Source: Tubiluchus corallicola
Lineage: Eukaryota; Animalia; Priapulida
DNA: 57,061 nucleotides
NCBI GenBank assembly: GCA_030141605.1
Contig: JAQGDQ010001182.1
Coordinates: forward strand, 1 to 57,061
Direction of reading: 5' to 3'
A program made the position numbers and the translations under genes. Below, piece after piece: positions 11,501 to 25,200 of the stretch; position 1 is the first letter of the stretch; the number at the start of each line of letters is the position of its first letter. Below the pieces are notes generated by a model. It saw only the letters and a list, made by a program, of their open reading frames with translations, was not told the DNA's origin and searched no databases.

Positions 11501-14500
11501 AAAGTTTTATTATCACCTTGTATAAAAGGGGGTTTAGTAATAATGAGTTTCCTAGCAACCATACATGATTACTAAAGTTTTATTATCACTTTGTATAAAA
11601 GGGGGTTTAGTAATAATGAGTTTCCTAGTAACCATACATGATTACTAAAGTTTTATTATCACCTTGTATAAACGGGGGTTTAGTAATAATGAGTTTCCTA
11701 GCAACCATACATGATTACTAAAGTTTTATTATCACCTTGTATAAAAGGGGGTTTAGTAATAATGAGTTTCCTAGCAACCATACATGATTACTAAAGTTTT
11801 ATTATCACCTTGTATAAATGGGGGTCTAGTAATAATGAGTTTCCTAGCAACCATACATGATTACTAAAGTTTTATTATCGCCTTGTATAAACGGGGGTTT
11901 AGTAATAATAAGTTTCCTAGCAACCGTACATGATTACTAAAGTTTTATTATCACCTTGTATAAGAGGGGGTTTAGTAATAATGAGTTTCCTAGCAACCAT
12001 ACATGATTACTAAAGTTTTATTATCACCTTGTATAAGTGGGTGTTTAGTAATAATGAGTTTCCTAGCAACCATACATGATTACTAAAGTTTTATTATCAC
12101 CTTGTATAAACGCGGGTTTAGTAATAATGAGTTTCCTAGCAACCATACATGATTACTAAAGTTTTATTATCACCTTGTATAAACGGGAGTTTAGTAATAA
12201 TGAGTTTCCTAGCAACCGTACATGATTACTAAAGTTTTATTATCACCTTGTATAAATGGGGGTCTAGTAATAATGAGTTTCCTAGCAACCATACATGATT
12301 ACTAAAGTTTTATTATCACCTTGTATAAACGGGAGTTTAGTAATAATGAGTTTCCTAGCAACCTTTCATGATTACTAAAGTTTTATTATCACCTTGTATA
12401 AACGGGAGTTTAGTAATAATGAGTTTCCTAGTAACCATACATGATTACTAAAGTTTTATTATCACCTTGTATAAACGGGAGTTTAGTAATAATGAGTTTC
12501 CTAGCAACCATACATGATTACTAAAGTTTTATTATCACCTTGTATAAACGGGAGTTTAGTAATAATGAGTTTCCTAGCAACCGTACATGATTACTAAAGT
12601 TTTATTATCACCTTGTATAAATGGGGGTTTGGTAATAATGAGTTTCCTAGCAACCATACATGATTACTAAAGTTTTATTATCACCTTGTATAAATGGGGG
12701 TTTGGTAATAATGAGTTTCCTAGCAACCGTACATGATTACTAAAGTTTTATTATCACCTTGTATAAATGGGGGTCTAGTAATAATGAGTTTCCTAGCAAC
12801 CTTTCATGATTACTAAAGTTTTATTATCACCTTGTATAAACGGGAGTTTAGTAATAATGAGTTTCCTAGCAACCTTTCATGATTACTAAAGTTTTATTAT
12901 CACCTTGTATAAACGGGAGTTTAGTAATAATGAGTTTCCTAGCAACCATACATGATTACTAAAGTTTTATTATCACCTTGTATAAACGGGAGTTTAGTAA
13001 TAATGAGTTTCCTAGCAACCGTACATGATTACTAAAGTTTTATTATCACCTTGTATAAACGGGAGTTTAGTAATAATGAGTTTCCTAGCAACCGTACATG
13101 ATTACTAAAGTTTTATTATCACCTTGTATAAATGGGGGTTTAGTAATAATGAGTTTCCTAGTAACCATTCATGATTACTAAAGTTTTATTATCACCTTGT
13201 ATAAACGGGAGTTTAGTAATAATGAGTTTCCTAGCAACCATACATGATTACTAAAGTTTTATTATCACCTTGTATAAACGGGAGTTTAGTAATAATGAGT
13301 TTCCTAGCAACCGTACATGATTACTAAAGTTTTATTATCACCTTGTATAAATGGGGGTCTAGTAATAATGAGTTTCCTAGCAACCGTACATGATTACTAA
13401 AGTTTTATTATCACCTTGTATAAATGGGGGTTTAGTAATAATGAGTTTCCTAGCATACATGATTACTAAAGTTTTATTATCACCTTGGCAGGGACATAAT
13501 AAAATCATCTTACTACCGAGAATTACGTTATAAAAAGAATCGTATTACCAGGATTGGACTGTATAAATTTTGCTATACTAAGATAAATTGATTTGAACTT
13601 GGTTTCTCTATGTTAGCCTCATGTTGGTGACAACCCGGTTGTCCTGCACTTGTGTGAATGGGCCGTATCAACTAGAAGAAGCGGTGATCATCGAGCAATA
13701 GTTGTTGCTAAACTGTTGGAGAAACGACAAAATGAACTCTTGCCAGACGTACGTAAACCACACTTGTAAATAAGCCTTTTCATAGTTTCGTTGTATTCGC
13801 GCGCAGTTGCTGGAGGTCAAAGGTTAAGCGTACCACAGCAATGCGTCTTTAACTACAATCGTCACTTGACGTGTGGGTAAAGCAAAGTTGTCTACCGCAT
13901 AATTTCAGTAACTTCAGTTCTTTTTCGTGGACTTAACTAATTATGCATTAGTCTGTGCATAGAGTGATTTACTGGTACGATCTTGCTTGGGAACAAGAAA
14001 GAATGAACTAGGTAAGGTCAGAGTTTCCACTGTCAGGGAAAATCCTAAAAATCCTTGAAAATACAGGCTATCCTGGAAAGTCAGAGAAAAGGGTAATTTG
14101 GTCAGGGAAAATGATGAAAATGGGGCGAAAAGTCAGGGAAATTGGAGGGGGTTGCAAAACTGATCACAGTGAATCGATTTTTCCAAACATATTTTTTCAT
14201 TTCAATAATTCGTGTTTAGATTAAATTTCACCATGACAGGCTTCCAGTTTTGATTTCTGCTCCAAAAATAATGATTGGCTGACACATTATATATCAGTAT
14301 ATGTATGCACATCCATGCATGAAAATGTTTTAATATGTATACTGATAATGCAATTTCTGTTTATCGTAGTCATGGAAAATCAATATTTGGTCAGGGAAAT
14401 GACATGGAGAAGTCAGGAAAATTCCTTTTAAAATTCTGTGGGAACCCTGTAAGGTTCTAGCTGTTAGAACTGTTACTATTACAATAGTATGGCTCAACAA

Positions 14501-17500
14501 GGTGTTGTCAAGTGTACACAAATGTGTTGTCTGCTACACTTACCATTTGGCCTCAAAATATTAAAGTATTAAAATAAAGAGATGCTCTATATCTTTCAGA
14601 AATGACACTGCAGACAAACTATGTTATATTAAAGAGACAGTCTTAAAACTCTACGAGCAATGGTTATCTCATTTAAACAGAATTTTTGAAGTGGAAACTT
14701 ATTTAGGCAATGTAGGGAATCTTAAAGGTAGAAAGGCATTGATAAAATTTAAAACTAGCGTTCATCGTTTGGCGATCGAAACTAGTAGATATGTAAGATC
14801 ACCTATTCCACGTGAAAATCGAGTTTGCAGTGTCTGCAATGTTGTAGAAGATAAATGCCATTTTTTATTGTACTGCTCAAGACATAGTTCTGCCCTTAAC
14901 TTGATGTTGAACACAGTTTCTCAGTTTGTTCCTACTTTTAGTGTTTTAACTGAAAATGAAAAACAGTTTTGTTTGATGCAGCCACAAAACACTGTCATAC
15001 AATGTGCAGTGGAAAAATTTATTCGAAAATGCATGTAATCTATTGTATGAAATGTTTGTTATTGTTTTAATTGGCCTTGCTGACCTGTTCATATTGATCG
15101 GCCTTGCTGACCTGTTCATATTGATCGGCCTTGCTGACCTGTTCATATTGATCGGCCTTGCTGACCTGTTCATATTGATCGGCCTTGCTGACCTGTTCAT
15201 ATTGATCGGCCTTGCTGACCTGTTCAATAAACTATCCATCTATATAATTGTATTTGTAAAAACGTAATACAATGGTAGCGTGTACTGTTATGATCGATGT
15301 AGTTAACTAAGTTTATTTATGTGTAGTATTTCTGCATTGACATTTGATAATTCGTTCTTTCATTGGCTAGAAAATATCAAATAACAATAATTACTGCAGC
15401 ACGTCACTCACTGCGGCTGTGTGGTTTTTTTCGTGCTTCAGTCTAATGAAGGTGAGGCCGGAGAAGAAAGGGAAGGCAGTTATTCACATCCCGTGTTTCA
15501 GAACCTTTTGCTTCATTTCCTAGACACACAAGCGCCTGTTCAAGGTATAATTCTCTACACACTCAAGCAGGAATGTTACCGAAACTGAGATTACAAACCG
15601 AAACCGAAATTTATGAAACATAGGAAACTGATACCGAAAGAGAACCGAACTGAGATCATTTTTGCAAAACCAACTATTACCAAAACTGAATCAACATCTG
15701 AAATAAATAAAATACTTTCTTTTTGCATGTATTTGCTCTGATACAAGCTTGATAAAGTAGCTAGGCAAAAAATCTTAATCAAAAAAGTAGAACAATGTTT
15801 AAAGTTAAAAATCATCAAGCTTTACAAAAATTGACAAATTTTCATTTTGTAAATATTTTGTTGCCTATATTTCATAAAATATAAAATTAAACTTGGTTTT
15901 ATTCAAGTTACACTTTCATATTTCGATTGATTGTGCCTGGAGACCTTAAAGCTTCACATTCGTCAGCACTGAAGATATGCCATATTGCCGTAAAACGTAT
16001 GCTACAAATGGTATAAAAAGTTAAATAAACGATATTTACGTTTCATTTGTACTACTTTAACCGAAAATTTTCAACTATTTAACATCTAATAAAGTAAGCT
16101 GGATAAATGCTACTACTCGGAATCATGCTACCAAAGGTTCCTCTAGAAAAACTAGCTAATTTTTGACGAAAACAAAACTCAACCGAAAGCGCAACTATCG
16201 ACAAACTAAAACGAAATTTCATTTTAGGTAACATTCCTGCACTCAAGCAGTATTGTTGTTTGTACATTAGGTCTTTGTACTCTTATTACCCTAACAGTTG
16301 GGCTTCACAAAAGCATTTTGTGAAAGAATATGAATATATATAAATCAAAAAATTTAACTCAAAACAACTTCGTATAGATAGATATATATATATGTGTGTG
16401 TGTGTAGACGTACTAATACATACCAATTAAGCGTCTACTAATTAACACAATTGCAAAATACATTTATATATATATATACGAAGTTGTTTTGAGTTGAATT
16501 TTTTCATTTTTATTATCTTTGTTTCCTACAGAAGAAAAGTCATCTTTAGATAGACGAACGCCATTTCCTAACTTAGTGTTGCTATTTTACGAGCTGATCA
16601 GACACGACGTGTTCTCTCACGATCAGTACATGTGCACGTTGATTTCTCGTGGTGATTTGACCGCACTGCCCACTGTTGGTGTCAGCATCTTACCGCAGAC
16701 GCCGTACACGATGGGACCGGAGTCCGTTCGAAGTGTTCAGGTTTGTTTGCTTTTTTACTCTTTGTGTTTTGTCAGATGTTCACTTAATTGTTTACTTGTA
16801 AATTAGGACTAATATTGACATACTTAATCTGCTATAATTATAATTACTTACTAGCAAAGGCCCCGCAAAAGATTTTGCGTATAAATACACGTGTGATCAA
16901 TAATACGCGAACATCCTACATAGTCCGCAAAAATACGCGAACATCCTGCCTACTGTTTGTCTACTTACCTAACGCAAAGACAGTAGCGGCAGCTTTTACT
17001 GAATTAAAGTTATAAGGTTATAGGCAGAGTATAATGGATTGACGTCACAACAATGGGTTTGCGTCAGCAGTTTTCTAAGCGAAAATTGCCGAAAATGGAA
17101 CATGTAATTAACTCGTCGTCACTCCTCTCGGTGGACCTGCCCTAAAGTATAGCCCACATTATCGTGTAGCCCCGCTTTTCCTCTTTCTAAAGAGCCATAT
17201 ATCTCCTTCCGAGAGTCCCACCAGGCGCCGCTAGAACGTTTTTCCCGCAGGCTGTTTGGCCAAAATTTCGAAAAAATCTGTGTCGAAGCTGTAGCGTCGA
17301 ATCTTATATATATATATTAAGCCCATACCAAGAATATTAATATATAGATAAGTACAGTCACATATGTGCAAATTTGGTTATTTACCTGATCTATTACCTA
17401 AGCACTCAGTGTTTTTTCATCCTTCTAGTTTCAATTATAGTAAGTCCTCGCTCAACGATGCTAATGCGTTTCAATAAAACACGACGTTAAGCGAAACGCC

Positions 17501-20500
17501 GTTAAACGAAGCCAAGATTTCCATAGAAAGTAATGTAGAAGAGCTGGGATACGTTCCAGAGGCAAAAATCACTGCTGCTTAAATCATATAAATTAAACAT
17601 TGTTTGAGTTTTTCTCATGTTTCTACTGATGAATTTCTTTCTGCTTACCTGAAACCACCTATATATCTTACTTACCTGGTTTCTGCTTCCTTAACATTTA
17701 AGTGTAGGCAGGGGTTAAACAATAAACACTACTGTCACTGTAGCCAGAGTCAGAGCCAAGTGCTGGGCAACCTTGGGAATTGTATCTAGTCTGCTTACTA
17801 TAGCAACAGGTTGCAGGCAAAATTCCTTGCATAAAGTTTGCTCCCAGGTCTCGCTTGATACAAACGGCATTTAGTGGTCAGTCGGGAAGCAAAACCGTAT
17901 ACTGTACTTGTATAATAATGCAGTGTTTATGTTACTAGTGCATTTATAGAAGAGAATAACGCAATACGTACTGTCTTAATGCATCAAATTAGGTAAAAAA
18001 AAGTTGTCGTCATTACAGAGAAACAGTGCATCGTTAAGTGGGAAAGGAGTCAAATGTTCAGCGTCGTTAAAACGAAACGTCGCTAAACGTTGAGTCGTTA
18101 AGCGAGGATTTATTGTACGTGCCTTATATATAATGCATTTAAATGCACACTAGAACTATATATGTATATTATTCGCATATCTCGCAACATGCAATCAGTA
18201 ACAAAACAAATAAAGGGAATAACAACACACAAGTTATTCATAAACACATATTAGAAACATATGTACAAGTTATTCAGTCAACAAGGTTAGTAACATTTCT
18301 TCCATTTTATCCATTGTAAAACCAGCAATTACATATTCATTAGAATGTTAAGATCAGTAATGTCGATCTAAATCGTAATATAAAATCCAATTCTTTCAAA
18401 TGTTGCAGTAGACATGAATAGTCTATTTTTACCAAGTATCGACATGCTTGAGTATTTACTCATTATATTCTATGTAACCAAAAACCTTATAACACATTTA
18501 AAGGAAAGCAGGATAATTTTTCATATACTGCCTCATTTTCAAGTCTGATAAAAAGTATACACTTTAACACAATTAATACTGCAAAAGTTTGTGATAGTTG
18601 AATAATAGATTAAAATCTTAATGAACAATGAGCTCGCCCAACTATTGATGACATCACAAACTAACATAATTTTCAATAGCAAAATATTCTACGATTGTTT
18701 TGCACGTGTTTGTGAAAGCAGAAATTGAAGTACTGTGCTACTGTAAGATATTTAATGTGTTGTATTAAAACTAGGCAAGCTTTAAGATAAAAGTTCAAAT
18801 GTCACATTTATTGCTGTGCTCACTCATGAGCTGTCGAACGTCCGCAGCTTGTCGCAAACTAACACATCTGAACTGAGAGGTACAGCACTTGTGTTTTTGT
18901 GCAATGCGTTTGCAAAATGCAGGCTCTAGTGCCCAGTTTTGACCTACAGTTTAAGATTGTGTCCGGTTTTGCTTTAATGCATTTAGAAGATTAGATTTAA
19001 CCACAATACAGTTTTTAGTGTTTATCAACCTGCTTACCATCGTCTTTATCAACCTGCTTACCATCGTTTTTATCAACCTGCTTACCATCGTCTTTATCAA
19101 CCTGCTTACCATCGTCTTTATCAACCTGCTTACCATCGTCTTTATCAACCTGCTTACCATCGTCTTTATCAACCTGCTTACCATCGTCTTTATCAACCTG
19201 CTTACCATCGTCTTTATCAACCTGCTTACCATCGTCTTTATCAACCTGCTTACCATCGTCTTTATCAACCTGCTTACAATCGTCTTTATCAACCTGCTTA
19301 CCATCGTCTTTATCAACCTGCTTACCATCGTCTGTATCAACCTGCTTACCATCGTCTGTATCAACCTGCTTACCATCGTCTTTATCAACCTGCTTACCAT
19401 CGTCTTTATCAACCTGCTTACCATCGCTTTATCAACCTGCTTACAATCGTCTTTATCAACCTGCTTACCATCGTCTTTATCAACCTGCTTACAATCGTCT
19501 TTATCAACCTGCTTACAATCGTCTTTATCAACCTGCTTACCATCGTCTTTATCAACCTGCTTACCATCGTCTTTATCAACCTGCTTACCATCCTCTATCA
19601 ACCTGCTTACCATCCTCTTTATCAACCTGCTTACCATCCTCTTTATCAACCTGCTTACCATCATCTTTATCAACCTGCTTACTATCGTCTTTATCAACCT
19701 GCTTACCATCGTCTTTATCAACCTGCTTACCATCGTCTTTATCGACCTGCTTACCATCATCTTTATTAACCTGCTTACCATCATCTTTATCAACCTGCTT
19801 ACCATCATCTTTATCAACCAGCTTACTATCGTCTTTATCAACCTGCTTATCATCGTCTTTATCAACCTGCTTACCATCGTCTTTATCAACCTGCTTACTA
19901 TCGTCTTTATCAACCTGCTTACCATCGTCTTTATCGACCTGCTTACCATCATCTTTATTAACCTGCTTACCATTGTCTTTATCAACCTGCTTACCACCGT
20001 CTTTATCAACCAGCTTACCATCGTCTTTATCAACCAGCTTACCATCGTCTTTATCAACTTGCTTACCATCATCTTTATCAACCTGCTTATCATCGTCTTT
20101 ATCAACCTGCTTACCTTCGTCTTTATCAACCTGCTTACCATCGTCTTTATCAACCTGCTTACCATCGTCTTTATCAGCCTGCTTACCATCGTCTTTATCA
20201 ACCTGCTTACCATCGTCTTTATCAACCTGCTTACCATCGTCTTTATCAACCTGCTTGCCATCGTCTTTATCAGCCTGCTTACCATCATCTTTATCAACCT
20301 GCTTACAATCGTCTTTATCAACTTGCTTACCATCGTCTTTATTAACCTGCTTACCATCGTCTTTATCAACCTGCTTACCATCGTCTTTATCAACCTGCTT
20401 ACCATCGTCCTTATCAACCTGCTTACCATCGTCTTTATCAACCTGCTTGCCACCGTCTTATTTATATTTTGTCTCATCACTTTTGTGATATCAACATTCA

Positions 20501-22062
20501 CATAACAAAATATTCATTCATCAGTTGCAAAGTTCATCTGTGTTTCTGATTTCAGCCACCGGATTCGGAACCGATGCACCACATGGATTTAGATGTCAAT
20601 TCTAAAATGGATCTCGGCATCGGCATGAAAATGGAAGACGTTAACGATGATTTTAATAGGGCTTTTACGAACTTTATTAAAGACGAAATGCCTCCTAGTG
20701 TTGGTCCGTGTAAGTACATTGTTGTTACAGTTGAGATGGTTTTTTTAAATGCTTGGACTATGTCAATATTTACCGCATTTAACAAATAGGGAGTTTAGCA
20801 CTTTTATATGAGCTGCGGTTATGTAGGGATGTTAAACAATACAAATTTGGAAATACAATAACAATGAGATAACAATAAACTATTTTTTAGATGATACATT
20901 ATTTAATACTTCAGTGCATTCAGTGCTGTACACTTACATGGCTGCTAGTTATGAAACACAAGTTCATTGGTCATAAAGGGAATTAAAAAATGAACTGCTG
21001 CCATATTTGTTTCTTGCTTATAACGGTTTTTTTATGTAGCTTCAGTCAAATCGGAAAAGCCCGACTTTCAACCTAACACCCCGGCTCCGCCTGGTGGTTA
21101 CGCTGACAAGCAAGTGCAACAGAAGCTGTCGCGACATTACCAGTACACGCTGCACTTTCCGCTGCCTAAAGACGACCTCTACTTGCACGAGGGCAATCAA
21201 CGTTTAGTTGCTTTGTACGGTGTTGGGAAAACAAGAGATGAAGCGAAACAGATTGTGAAGAAAGTCTCGCATGATATACAGAAGTTGTTCGGGTATTTGT
21301 AGTTTTCTGTTGCTTTGTTTACTTGTTTGTGACTTTCTTTGTTGATTGAAACAAACAAGAAGTTTGGTGATGTGTGTCTGTGTGGCATTTGATTTAAAAA
21401 ATTATTTTTACTTTCCAAATCAGCGCACTACAAGTGCCTGTAAAGAAAATAGCTGTAAAGTGATTCACCTGCTGGTGTGGAAAGTTTCAGAAGTTTCTTG
21501 TTTGTCAACAAATAGTACAGTGCTTAAATTTAGGTTGTCTATCTTGTTCGTACTATGATACTGCTTATTTACGATAAAATTTTACACATTATCAATCGGC
21601 GCTCTAATATTTTTTTGCAGGAAAAAGAATTCTTTGGATTTGTCTGACGGCTCAGTGAAGATAAAGAAGAGCAAAGATCCGTCGTGTACCTTTGAAAATA
21701 TTTTCAACAAATTTCAGGTGCAATTCAGTTATTTTATCCATCCTGCCGACTAAAATCAACTCATACTAATACTTATAGTACAACTTAGAACTAGTCCAGT
21801 TTCAGCTGCCCCCTCGTTTTTGGAATGTGCTTTTAGACGAGCTCAAAAACTCAAAAAGTATTCCTGTTTTTGTAATGTAAAATTAAAACATTTTTATTCT
21901 TAGAATATGTTTAACTTTTCATTTTAATTCGTGTCTGTACAACATAGTAAATTCTGTCTTTTAAATGTTTACGTAAATTTTGTTCTTTAAAATGTGGCTC
22001 GTAGATATTTTTTGAATTTTGAATATCCAAAGATCATTTTTATTCGGATTTTAGGTAATAAA

Positions 22063-22128
<66 letters not shown>

Positions 22129-22171
22129 GTTATTATTATTATTATTATTATTACTATTATTATTACTACTG

Positions 22172-22245
<74 letters not shown>

Positions 22246-25200
22246 ACCACTGCCGCTGCTGCTGCTACTACTACTACTACTACTACTACTACCACTACTA
22301 CTACTACTACTATTATTATTAAATTTGCTTTGTGCAACTACATGTTTCAGTAACACTGAGAGTAAGAAATAAGAACTTTAGAATAAACTGGAAGTTCGCT
22401 CGTCTTAAACTCTCTCAAAACTCAGATATTTTATTTTTCAGACTCTTTCGTACTTTGATCAGCACCAAGTTACAAACAGTTGTGCTTCTCATGTTCTGGA
22501 ATTGCTGAATTCATTTGCCACTGACGCGAATTACGAATCAAATTATCTTCCGGTCGTGGAGAACATCGGTTTCCTGTTCGACCTGATGGAACACGCACTA
22601 AACGTGAACGGTTTGCTAGAATTTTGCAATCAGGTTCGTGAATTTTTTCTCTTCTATCAATTTGGTCAACGTGAAAGTGAGTTTCTATGCATTAGTCAAA
22701 CAAAGATTGTACTTTTTTATAGACTTAAACATAGATGTGCTAGACAAAGTTCTGCTTTTTGTTTTTGCTATATAATAGATTTTCCACAGCCCAATTACAG
22801 GTTGCATCTTCAGTGTTGTTGTTGTTGTTGTTGTTGTTGTTGGTATCCTTCTGTCTCGGAAGACAATGGAGTGTGCACCAAGAGAGTCAGTTATTAATCA
22901 CATTGATGGAGCTGCAGCGTCGACTGTGGCTGAGCAGTGCGATCCTTGAACGTCTCCAGGGCGCACGCCTGGGCAAGGGGTATGGAGATCCTGAGCTGCC
23001 CAGATAACAGGAACCCCTTCTCTTCCTCCCTGGTGTAGTCTAAAGGAAAGCGGAGTGTTACGTTTGGCACCAGGTTGGCTGCAGGAGCTGCCGGAGTCAG
23101 TGAGCATGCTGCACTGGTTCGTCTTCGGGGCTCCACTCCTGATTTGGAAGGTTTACTCCTCTACACATGGCCGTTGGATCACTTGAGCTCCTCCGCCTAG
23201 TGTCGAGATACAGTGTGGGCATCTTCAGTGTAAACAATAAGTAACAAAAACGTATCCGTATCCACATCGGGATCCTACATAAACGCCACTTAATCTAGCA
23301 GAAAAGTGACCTCCCTATGACTGCTGATGCATATGCCTTAACGATCATTATATTGACGATGAAGAAGCAGATAAATAAATAATAAATTAGCTAATGTTGT
23401 AAGCCGTCAATGTTAATACTAACCACTGTTAATATACAGGTCGTATTCCAAATCTTTCTCATTTTTAAGATGGGAACCGCCAAATTTCTTTCTATAGAAA
23501 AACCACAGACTTTCTGTGTTATTTTTTGAGTTGCATGTATATTTTACCTTCAAATGGCCTGTCACTTTAATTGGTTACATATTGTGTACTTTAGTTAAGT
23601 ACCTAATAGTCACCAACCTCTGGTCAGTTGGACAGCCATGCAAAGCAATTAGCTGAATTTATTTATTTATTATTTATTAAATATATCCACAATGATCATT
23701 ACAGCATTGTACATAAAATTATTTAATACTATATTTATTATTATGTTCACAAGATGCCAAGTCGCAAATGACCCGTGGGGTACTCAAGAAGTAATTACTT
23801 GTTTAGAGTACCCCAAATGAATGTGGACTGAGTGTAATAGAAAAGAGCACTAAAGGAGTAGAAAGAAAGGTTAATAGAGAATAGAAAGAAAGAGAAAGAT
23901 GTGATGGTATCTGTATGAAGTAACATGAACTATAGAAATGAAAAAATTGACATAGACAGCAACGCAATGGATTCCGACAGGGACAGCAGTGTAATTAATC
24001 AAATTGATTTATTCTGTATAATTAGAAAAGATTTCACTTTTGAAATTTCTTTTGAAGTTATTTATAGATAATGTACTAAGTACTATGTACTATATTAAAT
24101 GCTATACTGTATGTATGTACTATATTAAATGCTATACTGTATGTGTTGTACATGTATTTCAGTTGTTGAAAATGATACCTGCAGTTTCGGGTCAGTTGGA
24201 CAGCCGTGCAAAGCAGTTAGCTAAACAGTATCCGACGTCGTTATGTCTGCATTGCGTCGCAGTGTTTCGCAAGTACCATGCTTGGCTTCTTGTCCAGGAC
24301 CAAGAGCAAATACTTATCACGTTTGAAGCGTAAGTCTCTTGTTTATCTATGTAAAGTGTGTTGTAGGTATTACTGAGTAAAGCGAGTCGAAAGCTTTTTT
24401 ATATAGACATATAAAGGTAACGTACATAATCAGAATTTCTGTTACTCATCTAAGAGACATAGCAGCTCGTCTTTTCGACAAAACTGCCGAAATTGCGCAT
24501 CCTTGCTGAATTTCAACTTGCATCAAACCAAATTTTCATGCACATAAAAGAACTTATAAAATCATTAATTTCTATTTCTTTTTATTGAACATTTGTTGTT
24601 AAGTTATTTAAAGCTTTAAATATTGAAATTCTTTAGGGAAAAATATTCATTTCTTATGAATTAGGCCTCCGTGTACTGTACATTTACCATTAGTGATCGT
24701 TTGGCATAGTCGTCAATCATGAAAACCATAACCAAGGTTACCAAAACAACCAAAGTTAAGCAATGACTAGCCTGGCTGGTAAACGAATGGATATCCACTG
24801 AATTTAATACTCATTGTAGGCCATTTTGTTTGCCACACTTCTCTTGGGAGGATACATACAGCCCCATCGAACCTCCCACGTTAACTAAGCCCACCATCCA
24901 AGACCTAGCTTTCATAGTCCTGTGTTTGCATGGCTTTATTTGTATGGTAATTCTTCTACAAGTGACTGGTATGTTTATGTTTTCTAGGTTAATTAATGTT
25001 GTCCATTACGTGTCAAATCCGCTAGACTGTACTTCAGCTGAAAGATGCATTCTTGCTTATGTCTATGACTTATATACATCTCAGGGCGTTGTCAAGGTAA
25101 CATGTTTTTGTATACATCTCGGGGCGTTGTCCAGGTAACGTGTTTTTGTATACATCTCGGGGCGTTGTCAAGGTAACGTGTTTTTGTATACATCTCAGGG

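Noticed and set aside
10570-13487. CRISPR-like array (also considered for the 77-, 34-, 26- and 38-bp arrays)
   Set aside because: Units are head-to-tail with no unique spacers, there are no cas genes, and the context is a spliceosomal eukaryotic intron.
14946-15267. INMNRSARP / LIGLADLFI repeat ORFs
   Set aside because: 27-bp tandem repeat in a retroelement 3' UTR.
18951-20505. 495- and 516-aa ORFs (and mirrors at 36546-38100) as protein genes
   Set aside because: They are translations of a 24-bp intronic minisatellite, with frameshifting unit deletions and overlapping ORFs on both strands.
21987-22372. Poly-I/A/L/N/S ORFs
   Set aside because: Trinucleotide microsatellite within a MED12 intron.
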